From positions 1 through 39,862 of the forward strand of contig MU271608.1 in assembly GCA_021432655.1 (NCBI GenBank): a stretch of 39,862 nt of DNA, in the 5' to 3' direction. This document shows positions 8,817-21,108 of this stretch, in pieces (within the stretch, counting starts at the first letter, position 1; each line of letters opens with the position of its first letter). The DNA comes from Atractiella rhizophila (Eukaryota). Under the pieces are notes generated by a model. The model was not told where the DNA came from. It worked only from the letters and a program-made list of their open reading frames with translations, and made no database searches. The translations under genes and the position numbers were made by a program.

Positions 8817-11068
8817 ATGTCACCAAAAGCCGCAGCCAGAAAGCGTGGTCGACCAGCCAAAAGGACAGCAGTCCTATCATCTCCAGCTGTCAATACGGTG
8901 CAGGCTATTGAGTTCACACCGGTGGAGTAAGTTCTTTCCTCCTTTGCTCTCTTGGTACTTAGGAAGGGGTTTGGTGGTTTTGTAGGCGGACTCACGGCCT
9001 CATCACGGCAATGCTCAACTTTGATTATACTTGTCGAGTCTCTACCCTGAGAATGGTGCTCATTCCACGTCCATCAAGAAGTGGAGCATTACCGAAATGT
9101 CGCAAAGAAAGCCTTTGGACGGTTTCTGATCTACAGCCAATGGATTTCTCACCCAGATGAGAATATCGCAGAATACTACGGAGCTTTGGTTAAGAGCAAG
9201 CTAGAGTAGTATGTATTCTCATTTCTATCTTGGTTGGCGCTGGGTTTGTATGACTTTGAGTCATTGGAGTGTTTTCTGCCACATCATGCATCGGGTCCTA
9301 ATGTCTCATGTGGACTACATTCCCCATCTGTCTCACAGGTTTCTCCTTTTCTGTACTTCTTGACTGATACTTTGGTATGGGGATAGCCTGGATAAGCGAT
9401 ATGAGCAGCTCAAGAGTAACATGTCCAGCACTGGAGCAGGTCTAACGGAGGAGGAGGTACAAGAGAATCCAGAAGCATGGAATACGCTTGGTTTGTGGTT
9501 TCTAACTATCTCAGATTGTTTTTATTTATGTTGGTCTAGATGTAACACTGAAGAAGTTCCTATACTGGTGGCACATGTAGAAGCTGAAAGGACAACACCA
9601 CAACATCGCCGTGCCTTCAAAGGGCCACTCTGCCACCCCGATTGACATCACCCACCTTCAGCAGAAGGATCCTCGAGGAGAAGGTGAGGTGGGTGAGTTT
9701 GTAGACGAAATACCAAGCTTCATTGCGGTTGCCATGGAGGACGTTCTGTCTGGCAACAGAGAGGAAGAGCAGGATTTGGAGCAGATGATGGATGAATTTG
9801 TTTGTATGCACCTTTTCTATGTTCTATCTTCTTTGTACTTGATCTGATAGAGAATCATTAGTAAGACAAGCAAATGTGTCTGATCAGCTTGAACCTGGCC
9901 ATCTTGATAACGGTTTGTATTTTCTCCTGGCTCTTTTCCGACTGGTTAAGCTAACAGGGGAACAGATGTGTGTGCGGAAGAACACCCCTTCAGTCTTGAA
10001 ATCAACGCTAACCATATGGGTATCAACCTCACTGGTGATGTTCCTGGTCCTGTCGCTGTGTTGTCCGATGAGAGTGAGTCAGAGGAAGTGTTGATGCAGA
10101 AGCCAGTTAGCACGGTCTAACCGTTGCCTGGAGAAGAATATGCGAAGGGACCGTAAGGCATTTTGGTGATTAGTACCACATTTAAGATTGTTGATTGCTA
10201 TTTAGAATCACACTGGCAACACACATTTAAGTTGAATGTGAATGCTCCCACAATGACAGATAAAATCCCCAACGTCATGTTGACCAATCCTGCCAACTCC
10301 TCCAAATCCACTGCCAAATCGATTGGAAGGAAGGGAAAGCATCCGATCTCGCTGGATGACAGTGATGAGGGAGAGTCGAAAGCCAAACCTGCTCAACAAG
10401 TAAGTATTTGGTTTTGAAGTGTTCAGGACAATGAAGATGCTTACCTTGAGTAGGGACCTCAACACAACATGCTCGGTAACCTTAGTACAGCCCTTACAGA
10501 TATGAGTACAGCTACTGAGGCCAGGCGAGCTCAGCAAGAGGTTGAATATAAAGACACAAAGCGCTAAAGGCAAGTTCTGGATACGGAGCTTGAACTGAAG
10601 AGGTTAGATTTCAAGCAAAGAAAGCTGGAACAGGAAGCTGAGGACAAGAAAGAAGATCGGCAGCTTAGGAGAGAAGAGATGCAGCTACACACGCAGATGT
10701 TTCAGCTCCAGGCACTCGGGATGGCTGGGTTTGGAGGTGGAAGTTCTTTTGGATTGGAAGGTGGTGGAGGGTTTGGCATGTTTGAAGGTGGTTTTGATAG
10801 TGGTCAATTCGGTATGGCCGGAGGTAGTATATTTCGTGGTAGCCCAGGAGGTGGAGCTGAGATATTTGGTATGGGACTTGGAGGAGTTGGTGGAGCCAGC
10901 ATGTTTGCTAGGGGTTGAGGAGGAGGAGGATTGTTTCCTGCAGGAAGCACACTTGGTGGCACGGGAATGGAAAGTGGTGTAGTTCAGCCAGTTGCAGGTG
11001 CTGATGGCCAACCTGTCAGCGCTGCTGAAAGGATTCAGGAAGTAAGCCAGATGGAACTTGAGGTATAA
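8817..11068 (+). pseudogene. Degenerate multi-exon ORF resembling the accessory (Myb/SANT-like) gene of fungal PIF/Harbinger elements
   Basis: Exon fragments MSPKAAARKRGRP..., YEQLKSNMSSTGAGLTEEEV, TLKKFLYWW, a K/E/R coiled coil and a Gly/Phe-rich tail. GT-AG introns and in-frame stops. Convergent with the Harbinger transposase. Boundaries approximate. Confidence 0.5.
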
Positions 11069-11149
11069 ACAGTGCTTGATAACTCTGTCATGGTCATTTC
11101 TTTTTTGATAACTACTCAGAGGTTACTATGATACTATCTGGTTTAATGT

Positions 11150-12450
11150 ATCCATTTGTTCATTCCTCAAGCTGACGCACTCGAACTCCTCGACCTAAAT
11201 CTTCATCATGATCTACGGCCCCCTGCTCGCAAGGTCTGCCAAATGTCTCCCTCAGCCACGTTCAAATGCCATGCCATCCCGGCAGAAAGCATCCTTGCTC
11301 ATGTCCAAATCTTGTTCATCATTGAAAGCAACATATGAACAATCATGCAAACTCAGATCCAATCTTAAATCATTGCAATCTGCTGTTGATTATTAAGGAG
11401 AAGGAGCAATTCTTTGAGTGATTGGAAGCAACCTTTGAGGTATCCAATGGCATGTTCTGTGGTGATGGGAATATGTGAAAGGTGAGCATTGAAAAGACGT
11501 TCCATTGCATTACTGTCTCGTCACACAGTTGCTTGATCATAGAGAATAATCAACCAGTCCTGAATTGGGTATCCTAAGTCTGCCCAACACCATTCATCAT
11601 CTGCTAGAAGTGCAGAGTGATAATTACGAGGAACCACTCTGTCCATCTTCTCTTGCCAGAGTAAAGAATCCTGTGGACGTCATTAGCACAGCGGTGATAT
11701 GGTAAGAAATCGAAACCTATTAACCTTTAGAACTGTGCCATCGGTTTTGCTCCCAACATGACCAACGGTATAATCAATAATCCTCGCATTGGGTGTGCAG
11801 AACACCTATTTATAAATAAACACAGAGCAAATGTAGGTTCAATGAGAACTAGGGCAAACTAACTACAATGCTTTCACAATAAGTAGATTTTCTTCCATAC
11901 CATGTATCCCTTGCCACTATTACTGGATTTTCTTGCACCTCCTAAACCCAGCTACCGCATTGCAAAGTGGCGCAGGCTGGCGCTTTTCGTCATGCATGCC
12001 ACACGGCGTCAACACTCAACAAGTCCAACAACCACTTTTTGACATATCTTTCAGGCAAATTCCTATGTGCTAGTGTGTGCCCCAGATGTATGTTCTCATT
12101 CCTACCTATTATACTCTCTTTCAGGACAGAATGTCCAAGGAATCATTTGGTACGTGCAAGCGATCTGTGAACTTCACAGACAATGACGTAAATTTGCCAC
12201 CCGGAGAGTGGCTGGCATGAAGTTGACAAGCGACAAACAACAAGAATTTTGCAAATGACTGTATCGCCGTGAAGCACCTCAATTGCGTACACTTTCTTCA
12301 GTGCTATGAGTGCTTTTTATATAATCATCACACATCAGATATAGCTCCACTGCCCAGTGCGAACCTACCTAGTTTCCAACGGCACCATCTCAATGTCATT
12401 CTGAAATGTTCCTGTAAGTGCCTTTATCACAACCATCCCAAACCTTTCCT
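11150..12450 (-). mobile_element. PIF/Harbinger transposase (DDE_Tnp_4-type) pseudogene
   Basis: Minus-strand fragments: LGRFALGSGA, WYGRKSTY, IIDYTVGHVGSKTDG, WADLGYP, RLFNAHLSHIPITTEHAIGYLKGCFQSLKEL (consensus FN..LS..R...EHAIG.LKGRF.SL). Several stops and frameshifts. TIRs not found. Confidence 0.85.
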
Positions 12451-13416
12451 CCCTTCTGAATCTCTCCTCAACTCATTCGTAGCATCCATAAAACTTAGGA
12501 ATGTACTTCTCTTGCAGACCAGAAAGCTGCTCATATACCTGTACTTCTTGTCGAAAATAGTCCATCTTGGTTTGACGAAGGATCTTGCATCTTTCGCAAC
12601 CCGTCAAAGTACTTCACGGCCAGCGTTCTTTTTCCGCATTCCGCAGTCCGCGTAGCTGTCGCGAAAGCTCCCGAGTCTAGTCTTCTCCAATTTCCAACAC
12701 TTCCTCACAAGGCTCCGACTAGAGATATACATCATTGTAAAGAACCTACAAGAAAGTGACGAACTTGTGTCTTGATTGAGCGGATTGTATTAAGCTTGGA
12801 GCTGAGGACAGACTTGGTAAAGACCATATTCAAATCCAGCTATAAGTCGTCATTGACGACTGTGCAGCACAATTGTACCACTTACTCATATCCCTACTCC
12901 CTGTTCGGCAGTCATGTCTTTCTTCCCATCGTGATTGCGAGTCGGAACAATGCTTGTAAAAACATCCACTCTGCAGGTTTGACTGAGACACTTGAGTTGG
13001 GAGGGCAGGTGACTGGAGACTAGAGGGAGATCCAAATTGACTAAACTTCCAAACATTGTCTTGATAACTTGATGACCAACGACACGGAATAGATAAAATC
13101 GATCGAACGCAGTGACTTGTTGGAAAAGACGAAGGATTTTCCACTAAAGAGTAGGCCGAAAGGAGTGTCATTTTGTTGATATCTTTTTCCCGAGCTTGGG
13201 GATAATGAGGAAGTAACAGAGTTGGGCATAAGGATGACATGCACATACTTTGGTGACGGTGGATCGTGCTCCTTCTTCCCTTCCGTTGGCTTCAGAGTAC
13301 AACTTGGTCCCCATCCCATTTTCGCTCTTCTCCATTGCGGCCATTTCATCGCCCAAGGTGGTGTAGACGTTGGCACCCTTGAGCTTTTGTTCTCTTGTTG
13401 ACAGTGAACTGGCCAT
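12450..13416 (-). pseudogene. Degenerate spliced gene fragment with a kinase-like motif
   Basis: Starts MASSLSTREQKLKG... with a GTATGT donor. Near 12,470-12,565 it reads MDYFRQEVQVYEQLSGLQEKYIPKFYGCYE, resembling the E-x-x-x-Y-x-x-L-x-x-LQ-x-x-x-IP-x-x-YG motif of fungal kinase-like proteins. Many stops. Confidence 0.3.
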
Positions 13417-14313
13417 CACTCTGGGTACCGAAGGTGGTGGGATCTAGTTCGTATTCCGAGCTGAGCGACACTGCATCTTTTTATGCTACCTTTGTGCCAG
13501 CGAACTAGAGGGTCAAAACATTTTTATTAGCGATGGTCTCGTCTCTGACAGGACTATCAACAATGAGGCAGAGAATGTTGGATTACGATTTTCAAAAGGC
13601 TTTCCCAGCTGGTGGTTGTGGATCTCTTCACTTTGTTCTAGTTATGTCTCACATCTCACATCTTCCACACTTAGCCAATGCTGTCCACACACATATACCT
13701 CCTCTTCATTCCTGGATTCCCTAGCATCTTCCACCATCGTGAACAATTGGGGAATCCAGGTTTGTCTCCTACCACATAGTCTTATTGCTGATCGTCTTCC
13801 ACCATCATGCGTGAATGATTGGGGAATCTAGATTCTATCAGAGAAGGAACTGGATTTCAGATGGTAGCTATTCTAAAGCCCACTTAGAGTCCAGAATTGT
13901 GTCAGTTGCCTGGCAAATATTTTCAAGGAAGTTTGGTTAATAGCGAAGGTGATAGGGTCTAAGTTTGGCATTGGCTGACCCGAAGTTTTCGGGACTCATG
14001 GAGCTAGTTGGATCGGTTACATCCATGAGTTGTATACCAGCAGGAAGTATCGTGTTGTTGAGTGCATTCACAATGGTGATCGACATGTTATATGTGTGAG
14101 ATATTAGGCTCACTTTGGCTCTGCACTTGATTGTACAGCGGATTCAGCCTGTGTGATTGCCTCCCTTGAAGTGCCTTATTGACACAAAGAAAGAATGTGA
14201 CAACAATTCCTGAATTGGTTGTGTCTAATCTGTTCTCAACTTGCCCTGAACAAACTAGAAGCAATCAACCTTTCTTGTCAACACGACCTTCCATTCAGGC
14301 GAGGGTTAATAGT

Positions 14314-14780
14314 TGTTAGGGCTAACACTATGTATGGTTGCCAATGGGTAATGCGTCTGTAGTGGAGATAAACCTAAGAGCATGATATGATCTGAGAAGA
14401 CTAACCTGTAGTGGAGATAAACCTACGAGAATACTCTAAGGTCACCTCCACTACTCTCCGATATATATACAAGCGGAATAACACTGCCACAAAGTGTAGA
14501 GGAGAGCAGATGAAACATGTAAGAGAAGTAAAGGGGAAAGTGACAGTGGGATCATGTGGGGTTAATAAGAGAAGAATAGACACATTTGGGCTAAGTGTTG
14601 ATCTGAGTGCAAACGGGCGACCAGGCGCTGATGTGCACTGCTTGCAAACAGGCGACCTGGCACCGATGAGCATAGAATGCAAATGGGCGAATGGGCGCCG
14701 ATTTGTGGGGAACGCAAAAGGGCAATAGGAGACACAATCTGGCAAACGGGCACCGATTTGCGTAAGATGCAAACCTGATA
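14314..14780 (-). mobile_element. Solo LTR (subfamily A) with perfect 5-bp TSD
   Basis: TGTTAGGGCTAACAC...GATGCAAACCTGATA (terminal CA mutated to TA), flanked by ATAGT at 14309-14313 and 14781-14785. Confidence 0.92.
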
Positions 14781-14921
14781 ATAGTGTACTTGTGGTTAAG
14801 AGGGCGTCATTGCACAGTGTCAGGGAATTGTTACCTTCAAGAACTCTAGCTCGTTCAAGTTGGGAGATGTATTTCCTTATAAATAAAGCACGATAGGTTT
14901 TGACCATGACTCATACATGTA

Positions 14922-17845
14922 CCGTACTAATTGGAATGTAGTGGACAGGGTTGGGAGCGTTACAAATGTGGAAGCAAATATGACTCATAAATGAGTGGAC
15001 CGGCCAGGGAAGTACCATTACTGGAGTCAATTCAATGGACACTTGTTGAGTTAGATTGAATCTAAACTCAATCTGAAATTCCAAAGTTTGACCACAGCTC
15101 TCAAACTCCTTCAAACTAGAATCAAGCTTTTTTGCTGTTCAAATTCTACATCTCCCTCTCCAAACCCTCCAAAGATGGCTCAGCAGTGGATTAGTGAGGG
15201 GTTCCTCTGGTCCGACCTTACCTCCACTGCTGAAACCCTCTGTCCAGGCCCTGCTTGATGTGCCACAACACCTTGAGCATCAGCTTCTGCTGACCAACTT
15301 CCTAACTGTGAATCAAAGCAAGCTTAACATATCGTATGATGTCCCACAACCTTCAGTTCTCAACTGCACTCCCAACATGAATACCTATCACATTCAAAGC
15401 CCTTTCAAAATGTCACCTATACTCTCTGGAGCTGGACACCCAAGCGAGGATGGATGTGGCTATAAAGGAAAATTATTAGAGGGGATGAATTCATTTTCTG
15501 TAGACGGTGCTTTGAGGACAGCTATCCACTTTGGTTAGTATCAATTTGGATCTGCTTCTCAAGGGAAGAGGGGCTTTATGATGTTGTCAAGCCAATTGTA
15601 AACAGCATCCAATGGATATTGAAAAATGGAGAACATGGTAAAGATGACTGAATCGCTAAATTTGGTATTTTGTTAGGCCACTGTTGAACAACAATTCTAT
15701 GGTTTCAAGGTTGTTCAATACTTTGGAGCTAGACAGTTTAGTAAATTGGCCAGTAATGACTGGTTGTTGACTGATATTGTAATGGATGCTTTGGTTGACA
15801 TAATTAATCGACATTTTCTTTTTCCCAATCCTGAGTTCTTGAAGGTCAACATTGCTATCTGTGCATTGTGGTGGACCATTTGGTTTATTGTCCATTCTAA
15901 GTCTGGTTTTGACAATAAATTTACTAAAATTGCTGACTTTTATGGTTGTCTGTTTCATAATGGCTTCATTGACTTTCTTATCCTACCCTGAGCTATGAGT
16001 GTCAGATTATACATTAGTTAGGAGTCGCTATATTAGTTTCTGAAAGCACAATTTTCTTTTTTGATTCAAGTCCGGGAAGTTCAATGAAAAAGAATATAGA
16101 TTCCTTAATAAAATGGCTCAATGTCTATTTATCCGCTGGAGAATAGACATTTAACTTTTCTTCATTTAAAATCACCAAGCAAACCGACTCATTTTCGTGT
16201 GGACCTTTTCTTTTCAATGCTATTCTTCATGCTCTCTTACCAAATATATTTTTTCTTGTAGATCAAAATAACTCCAAGGGCTTTAAGTGAGAATTCAGTT
16301 GATCGACCTTTGTCGCTAGTACAGCACTGAATGGTTTGTTATTCCACCCTTTGGATATTGTATAATAACAATCAGCCAGAGTGACACACATGATACTTTG
16401 GACAAAATAATCAAGGTCCCTGGTGGTATAGGATATCGATTCTGTCAACGTTGCTTTGTTGACCATTCACCTCCATGGCTCACGTTGCTTCCAGGCCTGG
16501 ACAACTTGCAGATTCCAAAAACAGGCTCAAAAGAAGTTACAGAAGGGGTTGGTCCTGTAGGAAGGGATACACAAGCATGCCGAGAAGTGGAGGTGAAAGG
16601 CGCTGACAGCAAGGATCTGAATGTGGGTCTACAAGACAAGAAAGTTTCTGTTTCGCAAGATGGTGTTTGCTTTTGGGACTAGGAGAGGTGATTCAAGAGC
16701 AGGTGAAACCAGCAAGGAAGGAAGTTGCAGGCAGGGACGGCTATATACCCAAAGGTATAATTAGCTTCGTTCCATTTGAATGTGGCTGAAAGACAGATAC
16801 ATTACCAGAAAGCTCAAAATCTATTGATCCTCTACCTTCAAGAATTACCGTAGCTCGGAAAACCCCTGCCTCATCAACTCCAAACTCACCTATGCCAACA
16901 CCAGTGTCAAATTCTTCCAGAACATCTGAACCGTTTCATGTTGCCACTGTTCAGACAACACTGTTTGAGTTCTTGAACAAAGGGTATTTGCCTGCCATTT
17001 CAAGGGACGAATGGTTAGAACAAGAGCGAGATAGAAGCATACGGGAGCAACAAGTGTGGGACGAAAGAGCCGCAAGAGAATGTGAGGAGGAAAACGCTGA
17101 TAAGGAGATGAGGAAGGTGGAAGCTTGAAACCACAATAAAGAATGGGTTAGAAGATTTAGGGAGAAAAAGAAGGAAGAAGAAATCTCACAAGGGCTTCAC
17201 AATAAATCTGGAAAACTTGTGAGGAATCAGAACCTCAACACTGTCCTCATTCCCACCATCCCCTTGGCTCCAAACAACATATCCGAGCTGTCACGTCCGA
17301 AGTGGGTGCTTGATGCCTCCGAAAATTGCCGATCCAACATAGGGCACAAGAAGACAAAGCCGTATGTCACTGCTATAAGAACAAATTGGCTTAATCCTAT
17401 CTTCTTCATGGAGCTTGATGAGTTGCTCGAGCGACTCACTTCGATGTTGCCTCCATGCTCAATATCCTGCATAAAGATGTAATGTTTCGCACACTTCAGA
17501 CGTCAACCCTGTATGGATTCATCAATGTTAAAGAGAGGAGATGGGAAGAGCAGGTGCTTCTGAATACAGCAAGAGGGTTTAGGCTGAAAGGTGGGCCAGG
17601 ATGGCCGACTCTCTTGAGGGACCACCCTACGCTCCTATCTGACATTAGTAAAGCCTCATTAGCATTCGGAAGACAGGAGAAGCCATCAACACCATCAATG
17701 CAAGGGCTATCATCACTGCCTTTATTCAACAGCAGCAACCACAACTGTTAACTGAGCCCTATGACGAGAATGGAAAGCCTTTCAATGGCTCTGATACTTG
17801 GGTACAGCACTTTCTGAAATAGCAACTACACTGGTCCATCTGCTT
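14922..17845 (+). mobile_element. Truncated pogo/Tc1-mariner-like DNA transposon carrying an Ulp1 protease domain
   Basis: Left end TA|CCGTACTAATTGG followed by repeated (G)TGGAC words. Downstream fragments RTNWLNPIF, LLRDHPTLL and PFNGSDTWVQHFLK*QLHWSI resemble the CENP-B-type HTH region preceding a DDE_1 domain. The DDE core and right end are absent. Confidence 0.55.
15730..16240 (+). pseudogene. Ulp1/peptidase C48-like domain relic
   Basis: Fragments KLASNDWLLTDIVMDAL, FLILP, H*LGVAILVSESTISFFDS (HW...D, with W to stop) and KQTDSFSCGPF (Q-x-D-x-x-x-CG catalytic Cys) occur in the expected order. Confidence 0.75.
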
Positions 17846-18449
17846 ATTTAAAAGACAAAAAATCATAGTCTTCAGAACTGAGTCAAGTGACTGACTTTGG
17901 CACTTTTGGCGAGGTTTCCCTTACCTACTCAAAATAATGTAGGAAGACGGCGAGTTTGCATGATGGTGTAGTTGGTATTATGTCAGAGTATACCGTATAC
18001 CTTAATTTTGCTTGTGGTGTTGGTTCAATTCTCTGTTGCCTCACATTTTGTCACCCTTGAAGCCATGAGTGCCTGCAAACAATTTAACAGATAATGTAGT
18101 TTCCAAAGAAGTACTCAATCAATGATTATTCCCTGGAACTTTGCAGGGCGGACCTAGTGCAGCTGTAGTCACTCAATGTACTCTCAGTGCACTATCCCAA
18201 AACAGTGCAGTTAGATCAGTTTAGGGACGATTTTTGGCTCCGTAGTAGTCGATACTTAGTGTAGTCAGTGCAGGTCAGTGCTTAGTCGGTGTTTTTTTTT
18301 TGCTTAAATTGTATATCGGGTGCTTTTAGTATGCAGTCTGTGCTAAGTCGGGTTGCTTTCGTGCTTGAGATTAGTGCTCTGCAGTGCCTTCATAGTGTCT
18401 TTGCAGTGTTGCTCCAGGGGCATCCAGTTTCTGCTCGGATACTCCAATA

Positions 18450-20070
18450 TACTATGAAATGCATGCTTTGTACTCCCTATCTTTGTCTCCACTACACTAC
18501 AACATTATCCCATGCAGTGCCAGCTCCTTCAATGTCGCCCTAGTACCCTCAATCAGGTGATCCACCTCGCTCCTCCTCTGATTGTTGTCGTAATAGCTGT
18601 CCGTTTACAGCATTGCTAGTACACTACATCCTTCATTCGTGACTTCTGGCAGTAGGGATCGATCGGTTTAGTCCATTTTAAGGAGCCAGAGAAGCTGGAG
18701 AATTCTTTTGTTGATGGAGTTGAACTTGGGTGATGATAACCTGTTTGTTGATCACCTAACCTCAAGTAAGTAGTTAGCCAATAAACACGTAAGGCATGCC
18801 TGATACTGCAGCATCTTCTTCCAATGGTCTGCTTTCCAGTTGTTGTCCTTGGCCCGTTTTTTAGCTTCTACAAGCTGTGCCGTCGTATTCATGTCCAACA
18901 GTGGCCGCAGCTGCTCTACATCCTCATCCAACTTCAATATTTCCTCTGGCGGCAGCCCACCAGTTTCCTCAACATTCTTCTTCGATCTCCCTCTCTTCTT
19001 CTTGCTCATACCAACTCCTTTTGCCTGCCACCCCTGTAGAAGACGTAACCAGGCCGGATATCCAGAGTCTGAACTAGGAGCACAGATTCGGGTGTGTCAA
19101 CCAGCTGTGGGTCGCCATGGGTCTGCTTAGGGAGCAGGAGACTAGGGTTGGCGGGAGGAGGGAAACTGTGGTCAATATAGGGGGAAACGCGGTCAATAGG
19201 AGGTGGGGCATGGTCTGCAGACTGAGGCGGTGAGAATTTGTGGTTGATAGGAGAGAAAGTGTGCTCGATGGCAGGGAGAGTGGCGCTGGAAGAAGGTTGA
19301 GGAGGATGGAAACCGTTATCATCAGGAGGGGGATGGAGTGGAGAGATCTGATGTTGTTCGATTCGGGGATTCTTCTCATTTGTTATCTTGTTTGGAGTTG
19401 GGACGGTTTTTTGATACAGCATCTTCTCCTGCAATGCTGTTGAATATTCACCTTGCACTATGGTGTTCTTGAGATCTTTCACCAAACGCAAATCCTTTCT
19501 GGCCTGAATCAGCATATGCATCCTCTCATAAGAATAAGGAACGACACTTACATCCACAGCATTGCTGCCACCTCCGTTAAGCCAAGTTTCCACCGGACTC
19601 TCTGCCAGCCTCCCAATGCAGCTGAAATTCAAGAGTAAGGGCATCACTTCAGTAGAATTAGGGTGTGCATCTTTCCATCTCTTACACAGTCACTTTGAGA
19701 CCATTGCGCCAGGCAAAACAGCATGTAGAAGCTCCAAAATTGCCTTTTGAGAACCTATGTTCTCCCATCTCTTCAAGCGGAACAGAATCTCTTCTCCAAG
19801 ACTGTTATGGCCAAGCATATCCCCTCGAGGACTGTTCTGCACGTCTTCAGATGTATACTGTTCGTCATCTGCATCGATTGGAAGATGGAAGTCAGATTCT
19901 GCAGAGGTTACGGCCACAAGGAGGTGTTTTGGAGCTGATTCAGTGAGGGTTTCGCTGGTAGCCTGGCTGAGAGGTAATGCGCTAGTTTCGACGAAGGTAG
20001 CCACAATATTGAGGTTGATGGCAGTATCATCGTCTACACCCATCTCTTTGAGCGAATCTATCTTCTTGTT
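18450..20070 (-). pseudogene. Degenerate multi-exon gene of unknown function (probably TE-associated)
   Basis: Consecutive minus-strand ORFs (19690-20043, 19006-19647, 18752-19009) joinable across a TGA and GTAAGT/GTTAGG donors. Pro-rich middle and basic KKKRGRSKK motif. No family recognised; ends approximate. Confidence 0.35.
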
Positions 20071-20522
20071 ATTTCAAGCACCAGTTGAAATGTAGAAATA
20101 TCATACCAATTGATGCTACAATACTATCCAGTGCAGTGGCAGACTGTTTGTGCAGGTGATTCTTGCCTTGTATCATTGTTTTGCCTCTGTGTGGGTCCTG
20201 GGGCAGGTCGGACTACACAGAAATCAGCATTATCTCATCATTTGAGGAGATGGAAAATGCACTGTTGCTCTATACATCTTTTTGGGCTTCGACGCCAACA
20301 TACTTGTTCCCACTATGCCAATAGACCTACCACCTTCACTGACATCATCAGCTATGCAAGGCAAATAAGATATGTGTACCTTCACTGTGATCTTCACATG
20401 TATCGTCTATCTGAATCCTTTTCTCACTCAATATAACAGGTCCCTCACTATCACTCTTTCGCTTCCCTCCTCTCTTAACCATCCGGCTTCCTTTAGTAGC
20501 CACCTCCTTACCGTGATCGTCG

Positions 20523-20983
20523 TGTTAGAGCCGACACTATGTGTGGTCGCCAACGGGCGATGCGTCTGTAGTGGAGGTAAACCTAAGAGAATAGTATGGC
20601 ATGAGAAGACTAACCTGTAGTGGAGGTAAACCTAAGAGAATACTCTGAGGTCACCACCACTACATCTCGATGTATATATATATATGTAAAGGCACTGCCA
20701 TAAACTGTAACATACGGTTCTTGAAACACGTAAGGTAGCTGGATCAGGAAAGCAATAAAGGGAATACTCGGAAATAAGATATACTAGGTAGTACTAGTGA
20801 GAAAGGACAATAAGGCGAAAATGGAGACAGCACAGACCGGCGAAATGTATAAGGTTTGCTGAGTAGCGATTCGTGTGAAAGGGGAAAGCGGCGATGGGTA
20901 GACACGTGATGCCATGACATGGTAAAGTGGGTCACGTGACTTCGGATGGTGCATTTTGATAATGGGTAGTAGCAAGCCTGACA
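20523..20983 (-). mobile_element. 3' LTR (subfamily B) of a chromovirus-type Ty3/Gypsy element
   Basis: TGTTAGAGCCGACAC...GCAAGCCTGACA. On the minus strand it is preceded by a short G-rich PPT-like tract (TTTGGGGGTGT, 20984-20994) and lies downstream of minus-strand integrase/chromodomain. No TSD, as expected for a non-solo LTR. Confidence 0.85.
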
Positions 20984-21108
20984 ACACCCCCAAATTTCTG
21001 GCTGGTGTGCATAAGTCACGGAATTTTAAGGTTAAGATTTGCGAATAGTTGGGGCGAAAAATGTTTCCCAGTTCTTCCACCATCTCCCATTCTTCTTTTC
21101 CTGCAAAA

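Noticed and set aside
14401..14907. ORFs overlapping LTR copies (also 1703-2032, 20744-21019, 28498-28850)
   Set aside because: Incidental frames in non-coding LTR sequence; similar peptides recur only because the DNA is repeated.
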